From NCBI GenBank assembly GCA_041737295.1, contig JBGSSA010000007.1, forward strand, positions 17,653-81,652: 64,000 nt of DNA, written 5' to 3'. A program made the translations under genes and the position numbers. Below the pieces are notes generated by a model. The model was given only the letters and a program-made list of their open reading frames with translations. It was not told where the DNA came from and ran no database searches. Below, one piece after another: positions 18,061-26,020 of this stretch. Each line of letters starts with the position of its first letter. Positions within the stretch are counted from its first letter, which is position 1. This DNA is from Bacteroidales bacterium (GTDB taxonomy: Bacteria > Bacteroidota > Bacteroidia > Bacteroidales > UBA10428).

Positions 18061-19923
18061 TTGAAACCCCTGGTGAATTTGGATGCCCAGGCATGTACGA
18101 AAAGTTATGCCTGTGTGAGAGTCTGCCCGGTAAGGGCGATTCAGGTAAAAACCGCAAACGGATTTCCTGAAATAAATCATCACCGCTGTATTGGTTGCGG
18201 AAGTTGCATTTCCATATGCAATTCCAGGGCCATTTCTTACCGGAGTTCAGTTGAGGACGCCAAGCAATTGCTTGAATCCGGGGCGAAAATTGCCGCACTT
18301 ATTTCTCCCAGTATCGCAGCCGAGTTTGATGATATTTCGGATCACAGGAAACTGGTTACAATGATCAAGGCTCTGGGCGTTACATGGGTGAATGAAGTAT
18401 CATTCGCCGTTGATCTTGTTGCCTACAGGTACCTGAGTTTGCTTAATGACTTCAAAGGCCGTTATTACATCACCGCGAATGATCCGATTGTGGTTTCCTA
18501 TATTGAAAAGCACCATCCCAACCTGATCAGTAACCTGGCCCCGATAGTATCTCCCATGGTGGCAATGACAAGGGTGATCCGTAAATTAAGGGGGAGCGAT
18601 ATTAAAGTCCTGTATATCGGACCTGAAATAGCCACAAAGGAAGAAGCCCTGATTTTTGACGGGGACAGCAAGGTGGACGTTGTCATTACGTTTGAGGAAC
18701 TGAGAGAGCTTTTCAGGGATTATAAAATTAAAGAATCGAACCTTGAATTTTCTGTTATTGATGCACCCCTGAGTTACAAAGGTGCACTGTACCCGCTGAG
18801 AAACGGCTTTGTACAGACTGCTGATATGGACGAAAATCTTCTTACTGCAAGCCTAACATCTGTTGAAGGTAGAAAGGAAATGGTTGACGCCATTGCTGAA
18901 TTTGAAAATAATATCAGCACCATTCAGCGTCATTTTTCAATCAGCTATGGGAATTCACTGGAAGGTCCCGGGATGACTAAACGGGGAAATCGCCTGTATA
19001 AAGAGCATCTCGTGACAAAATATGCCAACAAGCGCCTCCAGAATTTCTTCAGGGTGGAATGGTATGACAACCTGCAACGATATCTCGAACTGGATATGTC
19101 GAGGGTTTTTACGGTTGATGACCAGCGTCTGCCGGAGCCATCGCCTGAGAGAATTCATGAAATCCTGGCAGAACTGGGAAAATCGGAAACCGATATAATG
19201 GGCTGCCTGGAATGCGGCTATAATTCATGCCGCGATTTTGCGAGGGATGTGGCTACAGGACTTACTGTGCCGGAGATGTGCATTTCTTTCGCCATGCGGA
19301 ATACAATCAATTATGAAGAATCATTGCATGAGATGAACGAAAAGCTGGCGCAGGCGCGGAAGTCATTGCGCGAATCCGAAGAGAAAACAAGGCAGCAGAA
19401 GGAGAGTGCAATGCAAGCCTCGGAATTAAGCAATGCCATGCTTGAAAAGCTGAGAGCGGGTGTGGTCATTGTAGATAATATGCTTAAAATTGTCAAGGCG
19501 AATACAACATTTACAACTATACTCGGTGAAGAAGCGGAACAGATCAATGAGGTGATTCCCGGTCTGGCAGGAGCCGATTTGAACAGGCTGATACCCAATA
19601 GTTTTGTTAACCTCTTTTCGTATGTGCTTACCGAAAATGAGAATATTGAAAACCGCGATGTCAAAATCGGTGAAAACCTGCTCAATGTTTCCATTTTTCC
19701 GATTGTAAAAGGTAAAATAGCAGGCGGTATTATCCGCGATATGCGTGCACCCGAGGTTCAGCGGGCTGAGGTAATCAACCGCATCACCGAGGTAATTGAC
19801 CGGAATCTTGAAATGGTGCAGAAAATAGGGTTCCTTCTTGGTGAGGGGGCTACCGACATTGAACATATGCTCAACTCGATCATTGAGTTCTATAAAGGAG
19901 AAAATAAAAAACTGATTTCCTGA
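18061..19923 (+). CDS. HydS-type sensory [FeFe]-hydrogenase-like protein lacking H-cluster ligands (ferredoxin domain, H-domain-like region, Cx2Cx4Cx16C, PAS)
   Basis: 620 aa. TTG start preceded by AAGGAGGT (18047-18054). Seven N-terminal Cys (C12, 18, 22, 43, 46, 49, 53). aa ~75-310 aligns to the Fe-hydrogenase large-subunit region, with TANDPIVV for TSCCPGWV and GPEIATKEEA for MPCxxKKxEA. Cx2Cx4Cx16C at C382/385/390/407. Coiled coil plus PAS at aa ~460-560. Confidence 0.8.
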   Translation: MKPLVNLDAQACTKSYACVRVCPVRAIQVKTANGFPEINHHRCIGCGSCISICNSRAISYRSSVEDAKQLLESGAKIAALISPSIAAEFDDISDHRKLVTMIKALGVTWVNEVSFAVDLVAYRYLSLLNDFKGRYYITANDPIVVSYIEKHHPNLISNLAPIVSPMVAMTRVIRKLRGSDIKVLYIGPEIATKEEALIFDGDSKVDVVITFEELRELFRDYKIKESNLEFSVIDAPLSYKGALYPLRNGFVQTADMDENLLTASLTSVEGRKEMVDAIAEFENNISTIQRHFSISYGNSLEGPGMTKRGNRLYKEHLVTKYANKRLQNFFRVEWYDNLQRYLELDMSRVFTVDDQRLPEPSPERIHEILAELGKSETDIMGCLECGYNSCRDFARDVATGLTVPEMCISFAMRNTINYEESLHEMNEKLAQARKSLRESEEKTRQQKESAMQASELSNAMLEKLRAGVVIVDNMLKIVKANTTFTTILGEEAEQINEVIPGLAGADLNRLIPNSFVNLFSYVLTENENIENRDVKIGENLLNVSIFPIVKGKIAGGIIRDMRAPEVQRAEVINRITEVIDRNLEMVQKIGFLLGEGATDIEHMLNSIIEFYKGENKKLIS

Positions 19924-19926
19924 GTT

Positions 19927-21108
19927 ATGGGCGACGATTTTTTTGTTGAAGTGGACTGCCAGCAGAAAAGCTTTGAAGGACAGCGGATATGCGGCGATAT
20001 ATTTCTTTCAAGCAAGGTTAAGGAAGAAAACAGGATTGTGGTTGTGCTGTCCGATGGCATGGGCCATGGAGTAAAAGCCAGTGTACTGGCAACCCTTACG
20101 GCCACCATGGCCATGAATTTTACCAAAGAGCACAAGGAACCTGAAAAGACCGCGGAGATCATCATGAAAACATTGCCGGAATGCAGTGAACGCAAGATGA
20201 ATTATTCCACTTTTACAATCATCGATATCGAACATAGGGAAAAGGTGACCCTTCTTGAATATGAAAATCCGGAATGTGTGATCATCAGGGACAGGAAAAT
20301 CCTGAAACCGGAATCAAAAAATGTGGTGTTGAGTGGGAACAATTGCGGTAAAAAAATCAGGGTCTGTACTTTTATTCCGCTGAAAGGTGACCGAATTGTT
20401 TTTTGCACGGACGGAGTTGCCCAGTCGGGGTTAGGTACTCCCCGTTTCCCTTTCGGATGGGGCAACGACAATGTCGCACGGTTTTCAATCGACATGATTA
20501 AACAATATCCGCAGATTTCGGCACGCGATCTGGCGGGTAAGATACTCAACATGGCGTATCGGAATGACGGATTCCAGTCGAAGGACGATACAAGCTGCGG
20601 CATAATTTATTTCAGGGAACCCCGGGAACTGCTGATTTGCACCGGTCCTCCCTATAATAAGGAAGATGATGTGCAGCTTGCCGGCGAGGTAAGGGAATTT
20701 AAAGGAAAGAAAATCGTGATGGGCGCCACAACAGGGGATATAATATCCCGTGAGCTGGGCCTGACAATCGAAGATGTTTTTAAATTTGAGGACCCCGACC
20801 TCCCGCCCCTGAATGTGATGGAGGGAATTGACCTGTTTACGGAAGGAATCCTTACCCTGAACAAGGTGGAAAAAATACTGAAAGCATATAATCCAAACTA
20901 TAAACTAAACAAGGGTCCGGCTGATGAAATTGTAAAGCTGATCCTTGAAAGTGATGCAATTCGCATCATCATTGGAACCCGTATTAACATAGCACACCAG
21001 GATCCACATCTGCCCGTTGAACTTGAAATCAGGCGCACGGTTGTAAATCGAATTGCACAATTACTTGAGGAGAAACTGCTGAAGAAGGTTAACGTGGGAT
21101 ATATTTAG
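19927..21108 (+). CDS. SpoIIE/PP2C-family protein phosphatase with an uncharacterised C-terminal domain
   Basis: 393 aa. PP2C metal-binding Asp motifs GDIF...VVLSDGMGHGVKAS, GDRIVFCTDGV and KDDTSCGIIYF. aa ~230-393 shows no motif I recognise. The start lies 3 nt after the upstream stop. Confidence 0.8.
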   Translation: MGDDFFVEVDCQQKSFEGQRICGDIFLSSKVKEENRIVVVLSDGMGHGVKASVLATLTATMAMNFTKEHKEPEKTAEIIMKTLPECSERKMNYSTFTIIDIEHREKVTLLEYENPECVIIRDRKILKPESKNVVLSGNNCGKKIRVCTFIPLKGDRIVFCTDGVAQSGLGTPRFPFGWGNDNVARFSIDMIKQYPQISARDLAGKILNMAYRNDGFQSKDDTSCGIIYFREPRELLICTGPPYNKEDDVQLAGEVREFKGKKIVMGATTGDIISRELGLTIEDVFKFEDPDLPPLNVMEGIDLFTEGILTLNKVEKILKAYNPNYKLNKGPADEIVKLILESDAIRIIIGTRINIAHQDPHLPVELEIRRTVVNRIAQLLEEKLLKKVNVGYI

Positions 21109-21113
21109 GAAGA

Positions 21114-21155
21114 GATTTACGATTTACGATTTACGATTTACGATTTACGATTTAC
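21114..21155. repeat. Heptamer tandem array (gatttac)x6, inverted relative to 2184-2225
   Basis: Direct reading. Begins 5 nt after the PP2C stop codon. Confidence 0.95.
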
Positions 21156-21179
21156 GATTGCGCAGGGCGCATTTATTGT

Positions 21180-21222
21180 AGAAGATTGCCACAAAATCCA
21201 CCCCCTGCCCCCGCCAGCGGGG
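21180..21222 (+). repeat. 43-bp dispersed repeat, copy 2 (identical to 2135-2177)
   Basis: 43/43 identity, same orientation. Confidence 0.95.
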
Positions 21223-21244
21223 GATACCGTAGTCGCGTCAGCAA

Positions 21245-21293
21245 ATCCAGCATCCAGCATCCACTATCAACTATCAACCATCAACCATCAACT
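21245..21293. repeat. Heptamer tandem array (atccagc x2, atccact, atcaact, atcaacc x2, atcaact)
   Basis: Direct reading. Seven 7-nt units drift by point changes. The array overlaps the TGA (21288-21290) of the minus-strand ORF. Confidence 0.9.
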
Positions 21294-21758
21294 ATTCTTA
21301 TGGGTTTTTTCCTTGGTTTTTAGAAGCGAATTGCATTTTTCATATGCCTCAAGGGTTGTGTAATAGCTCAACAACTTCTGAAAAAACTCTTCATCCTCAA
21401 ACCTGGGGTGGGTAATATTGAAGGCGAGTTTACCCTGTATGGTTAAATCAAACAGCTCATGATCATCCATATATAGCTCAGGGCTCAGTTCCGGAAGTTC
21501 GTCATCATCGAGAATCGGAAAATCCTTGTATTTATCCATAAAATTCAGAAGGGTGGCCTGTAGATTTATGAAGTCATTATTTTCGTTAAGCAATACCTTG
21601 TTAATATCGTAGTGCTTCTCAATATAATAGGTGCGTTCGGCAGAAAGAGGCTGAGTCAGCAATTGACGTATTTCCGATTGATTCTGGTTGATTGTATCCA
21701 GATTTTCCTTAACCCGCCTTTTTAGTATCTCGATTGTACGTTGTAAAAGTGCTTTCAT
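21288..21758 (-). CDS. Hypothetical protein (acidic, helical)
   Basis: 156 aa from MKALLQRT (ATG at 21758). The longer ORF-track start at 21887 adds an implausible N-terminus. No recognisable motif. Confidence 0.4.
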   Translation of the reverse strand: MKALLQRTIEILKRRVKENLDTINQNQSEIRQLLTQPLSAERTYYIEKHYDINKVLLNENNDFINLQATLLNFMDKYKDFPILDDDELPELSPELYMDDHELFDLTIQGKLAFNITHPRFEDEEFFQKLLSYYTTLEAYEKCNSLLKTKEKTHKNS

Positions 21759-21940
21759 TGTTGTACTGATCAATCTCAAAATTAGACAATTTTTATCTTC
21801 GGTGCCATAAATTTTGATGAAACCGGAAATGTTGGCGATAGAAGTCAGAATACGGTTGAAATCAATGAATAACTGATACCATCGCAATCCTTACACATTA
21901 CAAATAAGAGGCTGATTAATTGTAGTTTTCTATTTTATTC

Positions 21941-21948
21941 TATATTTG
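21941..21948 (+). promoter_or_regulatory. Candidate -7 promoter box (TAtaTTTG) upstream of etfB
   Basis: tatatttg matches TAnnTTTG about 100 nt upstream of the 22049 ATG. The -33 element is weak. Confidence 0.3.
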
Positions 21949-22048
21949 TAAGCCCAAAATTGCAACAAACAGGCAAATATTCGGATATATACTGCTAAAT
22001 GTTAGTACATTATAGAGTCTTATTGAAATGAATCTAAATAAAATCTGA

Positions 22049-22798
22049 ATGAAAATCCTTGTATGTATTAGCCAGGTTCCTGACACCACCACGAAAGTAA
22101 AATTTGTTGATGGCAATAAAAAACTAGATACTGCCGGTATTCAGTGGATCATTAATCCATGGGATGAATTGTCTCTCACCCGTGCTCTCGAACTGAAAGA
22201 TGATCCTGCAACGGGTATTAAATCGGTTACGATTGCACATGTGGGACTTGCAGGCGCAGAACCCACTATTCGAAAATGCCTTGCAATTGGTGCTGACGAT
22301 GCTGTGCGCGTAAATGCTGATCCCGGCGATGCATTTTATGTAGCTGCCCAGCTCGCTGAGGTTGTAAAAAGTGAAAAATATGATGTGATCCTTTGTGGAA
22401 TTGAATCAAGTGACCATAATGAATCGGCAGTTGGCGGTATGCTTGCAGAAATGCTGGATTGCCCTTCAGTTTCAGCAGTTTCCGGTCTTTCCATATCGGG
22501 CGGGCAGGCCTCTGTCAGCCGGGAAATTGATGGCGGCCGCGAGATTGTTACAGTACCAAATCCGTTCGTCGCCATTGTTCAGAAGGGAATTGCCAAAGAA
22601 CCCCGGATTGCAGCCATGCGGGGCATCATGATGGCCCGCTCAAAACCCATCAGGGTAATGGAGCCTGTTAATACAGATATTTATACCGAGGTAACCGGAT
22701 TTGAACTTCCGACCCCAAGAGCAGCCTGTCGTTTTATAGATCCCGAGGATCCGAAGCAGCTGATCAGCATATTGCAAAACGAAGCAAAAGTTATCTAA
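22049..22798 (+). CDS. etfB: Electron transfer flavoprotein, beta subunit
   Basis: 249 aa. MKILVCISQVPDTTTKVKF N-terminus and typical EtfB length and layout. Immediately upstream of etfA. Confidence 0.9.
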   Translation: MKILVCISQVPDTTTKVKFVDGNKKLDTAGIQWIINPWDELSLTRALELKDDPATGIKSVTIAHVGLAGAEPTIRKCLAIGADDAVRVNADPGDAFYVAAQLAEVVKSEKYDVILCGIESSDHNESAVGGMLAEMLDCPSVSAVSGLSISGGQASVSREIDGGREIVTVPNPFVAIVQKGIAKEPRIAAMRGIMMARSKPIRVMEPVNTDIYTEVTGFELPTPRAACRFIDPEDPKQLISILQNEAKVI

Positions 22799-22831
22799 CG
22801 ATTTATTCTTCAGCAACAAAAAAATTACAAC

Positions 22832-23794
22832 ATGGCAGTTTTAGTTTTCACTGAAAATTGGGATGGCAGATTTAAGAAATCATCCTTTGAACTCGTCTCT
22901 TATGCCAGCCAGGTGGCCGGAATGTTGAATACAACAACCACGGTCCTGAGTCTTGGAAATGTGGACAGGAGTGAATTGGAAAAACTTGGCCGCTTTGGTG
23001 CCAATAAAATAATCAATGGGATTGGAGAAAACCTGGATATTTTTGACAGCCAGGCATTCTGCAGGGTGATCTCGGATATAGCCGTTAAAGAAGCTGCAAC
23101 TGTTGTAGTTCTTTCCAATAACAACTCAGGAAAAGCACTGGCACCTCGTATCTCAGTCAGGCTCAAAGCGGGCCTTGGTGCAGGAGTAAGCAAATTGCCC
23201 ATCAGCATTAGTCCGTTTGTCGTCCATAAAAGGGCATTTTCAGGAAATGCTTTTGCTCACCTTACAATAAAAACCGATATAAGGATTATCACTCTGGCCC
23301 AGAATTCATTTGAACTGATCGAAAAGAATGCCGGGGCAACCATCGAGGATGTGGCCATTCAGCCTGAAGGTGCAAAAACCCTGGTTAAGGAAGTACAGAA
23401 ACAATCCGGCAAGATATTACTTACCGATGCAGATATAGTTGTCTCCGGCGGACGGGGAATGAAATCACCCGATAACTGGGGACCCCTTGTACAGCTTGCT
23501 GAACTCCTGGGTGCTGCCACGGCCTGCTCACGTCCGGTTTCCGATGAAGGATGGAGGGGTCACGAGGAACATACAGGTCAAACCGGAAAGATCATCGCTC
23601 CCGATTTATATATTGCCATCGGAATATCCGGTGCAACACAACACCTGGCAGGGGTAAGTTCTTCAAAGTATATTGTTGCCATTAACAATGACAAGGGTGC
23701 GCCTATTTTTGAAGCAGCTCAATTCGGAATTGTGGGCGATGCGGCAAAAGTATTGCCAAAACTGGTTGAAGCGGTAAAAGAGATCAGGGCATGA
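22832..23794 (+). CDS. etfA: Electron transfer flavoprotein, alpha subunit
   Basis: 320 aa. C-terminal FAD-binding region ...GRGM...SRPVSDEGW...QTGKIIAPDLYIAIGISGATQHLAG. Confidence 0.9.
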   Translation: MAVLVFTENWDGRFKKSSFELVSYASQVAGMLNTTTTVLSLGNVDRSELEKLGRFGANKIINGIGENLDIFDSQAFCRVISDIAVKEAATVVVLSNNNSGKALAPRISVRLKAGLGAGVSKLPISISPFVVHKRAFSGNAFAHLTIKTDIRIITLAQNSFELIEKNAGATIEDVAIQPEGAKTLVKEVQKQSGKILLTDADIVVSGGRGMKSPDNWGPLVQLAELLGAATACSRPVSDEGWRGHEEHTGQTGKIIAPDLYIAIGISGATQHLAGVSSSKYIVAINNDKGAPIFEAAQFGIVGDAAKVLPKLVEAVKEIRA

Positions 23795-25107
23795 AACAGA
23801 TTCTCTTTGCATTTTCCCTGTTAATCACACTGGGTGTCTTTGCCTACACCGTCAACAGACTCCTTCAATTTTTTAAATTCACCCGTTCCGGATTTCCTGT
23901 TAAGGATTTCGGCAAAAGATTCCGGGTGATGATGGACGTGGCTTTTGGCCAGACTAAAATTTTCCGCAAGCCGGTTATTGGCTTTTTTCATGCCCTTGTT
24001 TTCTGGGGATTTTGCGTGATCCTGGTTGGAAGTATTGAGATGGTCATTGACGGCCTCTTTGGAACAGAACGGGCTCTTAGGGTGCTTGGTGCGGTTTATG
24101 ATGTGATCGTCGCATCAGGAGATGTTTTTGGATTGATCGTCGCGATTTCCATACTTATTTTCCTGAGCAGGAGATTGTTTTTTCATATCAGCAGGTTTGA
24201 AGGTGTCGAGATGAAGCGCAGCACACACGTGGATGCCAACATAGCCCTTTCGATGATCCTGTTTCTCATGGTTTCGTTGTTGGCAATGAATACAGCCTAT
24301 GTTGCCGGAAAATCCGTGTCGGGCGAAATGATAGTAGGCGTTTATCCGGTCAGCCAGGTGTTTTCATCCCTGTTCATGAATGCTTCGGCAGAAACGTTGC
24401 ATACCTGGTATGAGATTTTCTGGTGGTCGCATATTCTTCTGATCTTCTGCTTTGCCAATATGCTTCCCTACTCAAAGCACTTTCATGTTTTCATGTCGGT
24501 TCCCAATGTTTTCCTGTCACGGCTCGAACCGCTCGGAAAACTGATCAATATGGATAGCATAACCCGGGAGGTAAAACTGATGATGAACCCGGATACTGCT
24601 TTTGCTGCCCAACCGGTTGATGCACCTGTGGAACGTTTTGGCGTAAAGGATGTGGAAGATGTAACCTGGAAAAATTATTTTGATTCGCTGTCATGCACAC
24701 AGTGCGGTCGATGTACTTCCGTTTGTCCTGCAAATATTACGGGTAAACTGCTGTCACCACGCAAGATCATGATGGATGTCAGGGCACGTATGAACGAAAA
24801 GGGCCCGGGAATGATTAAAAATGGAAGAGGATACAGTGACAACCGGTCGCTCTTGCATCAATTCATAACGGAAACTGAATTATGGGCATGTACCACCTGC
24901 AACGCATGCGCAATGGAGTGCCCGATCAATATAAATCATCCTTCAATTATTGTTGATATGCGCCGCTACCTTGTTATGGAAGAAGGCGCTGTGCCGGGAG
25001 AACTGAAATCGGTATTCAGCAACATCGAAAACAATGGTGCACCGTGGCAATTCTCTCCTGAGGACAGGCTTTTGTGGGCTAAGGATCTTGAAATGAAAGT
25101 TCATTAA
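23791..25107 (+). CDS. Membrane-anchored (Fe-S)-binding oxidoreductase subunit (5-6 TM helices plus 2x[4Fe-4S] ferredoxin domain)
   Basis: 438 aa. Overlaps the etfA stop by 4 nt (ATGA). Hydrophobic N-terminal half. CTQCGRCTSVCP and CTTCNACAMECP motifs. Confidence 0.8.
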   Translation: MKQILFAFSLLITLGVFAYTVNRLLQFFKFTRSGFPVKDFGKRFRVMMDVAFGQTKIFRKPVIGFFHALVFWGFCVILVGSIEMVIDGLFGTERALRVLGAVYDVIVASGDVFGLIVAISILIFLSRRLFFHISRFEGVEMKRSTHVDANIALSMILFLMVSLLAMNTAYVAGKSVSGEMIVGVYPVSQVFSSLFMNASAETLHTWYEIFWWSHILLIFCFANMLPYSKHFHVFMSVPNVFLSRLEPLGKLINMDSITREVKLMMNPDTAFAAQPVDAPVERFGVKDVEDVTWKNYFDSLSCTQCGRCTSVCPANITGKLLSPRKIMMDVRARMNEKGPGMIKNGRGYSDNRSLLHQFITETELWACTTCNACAMECPININHPSIIVDMRRYLVMEEGAVPGELKSVFSNIENNGAPWQFSPEDRLLWAKDLEMKVH

Positions 25108-25125
25108 TTTTTCTTCAGCAAGTAA

Positions 25126-25920
25126 ATGGAAACACGCAAAATAGATATTCCCGTAATGGCTGATCTGTCTGCACGGGGAGAACAACCAGAATACCTGTTC
25201 TGGGTGGGTTGCGCAGGTGCATTCGACGATCGGTACAAGAAGGTAGCCCGGGCATTTACAAAAATACTATCCTATCTTGGTGTCAGCTATGCCGTGTTGG
25301 GAAAAGAGGAATCCTGCACGGGCGACCCCGCCCGACGAGCCGGCAATGAAATGCTTTACCAGATGCAGGCCCTTCAGAATATTGAAATATTCAGGATGTA
25401 TGGTGTGAAAAAGATAATCACCATCTGCCCGCATTGTTACAATATCTTTAAAAACGAATATCCCGATCTTGGCGGTGACTATGAAGTAACGCATTATATT
25501 GAGCTCCTGGAGCAATATATCCGTACTGACAGACTCAAACTGAATAAGTCGCTCTCGACCGGCCTTTCGGTTACCTTTCATGATCCCTGTTACCTGGGCC
25601 GGGCCAATAATATGTATTCTGAACCACGATTTGTTTTGGGATCCTTGTCTGCAAACATAGTTGAAATGAAGCGAAACCGTAGCTTTTCCCTGTGTTGTGG
25701 TGCGGGGGGGGCGCAGATGTTCAAGGAAGCGGAAAAAGGGAATAAGGAGATTTTCATCGAAAGAACAGAGGATGCCCTGGAAACAGGAGCCGGCATAATC
25801 GCCACGGCTTGCCCGTTTTGCATGACCATGATGACCGACGGATTGAAATACAAAAATAAGGAGGACGATGTCAAAAATTATGATATCGCGGAATTAATCG
25901 TGATGGATCTGGATTTATAG
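25126..25920 (+). CDS. HdrD/GlpC-like CCG-domain (cysteine-rich) Fe-S oxidoreductase subunit
   Basis: 264 aa. Two CCG-type motifs (VGCAGAFD...CPHCYN and LCCGAGGAQ...ACPFCMTM). Confidence 0.8.
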   Translation: METRKIDIPVMADLSARGEQPEYLFWVGCAGAFDDRYKKVARAFTKILSYLGVSYAVLGKEESCTGDPARRAGNEMLYQMQALQNIEIFRMYGVKKIITICPHCYNIFKNEYPDLGGDYEVTHYIELLEQYIRTDRLKLNKSLSTGLSVTFHDPCYLGRANNMYSEPRFVLGSLSANIVEMKRNRSFSLCCGAGGAQMFKEAEKGNKEIFIERTEDALETGAGIIATACPFCMTMMTDGLKYKNKEDDVKNYDIAELIVMDLDL

Positions 25921-25943
25921 GTACCGATTATTAAAATGATAAT

Positions 25944-25972
25944 GTAGAGAGGGGTTTTAAACCCCTCTCTAC
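25944..25972 (+). terminator. Strong hairpin (about 12-14 bp stem) between the CCG-domain gene and the acyl-CoA dehydrogenase gene; no U-tract
   Basis: gtagagaggggttt/aaacccctctctac, a near-perfect palindrome 24 nt after the stop at 25920. Confidence 0.4.
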
Positions 25973-26020
25973 ATCATCCTCTTTCAGAGATAAATCAACA
26001 TAACCATAAAATACTCTACA

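Noticed and set aside
18061-19923. Annotating this gene as a catalytic [FeFe] hydrogenase (hydA).
   Set aside because: The H-domain has no cysteine, so H-cluster binding is not possible as in known enzymes. The architecture (PAS domain, Cx2Cx4Cx16C motif) is sensory.
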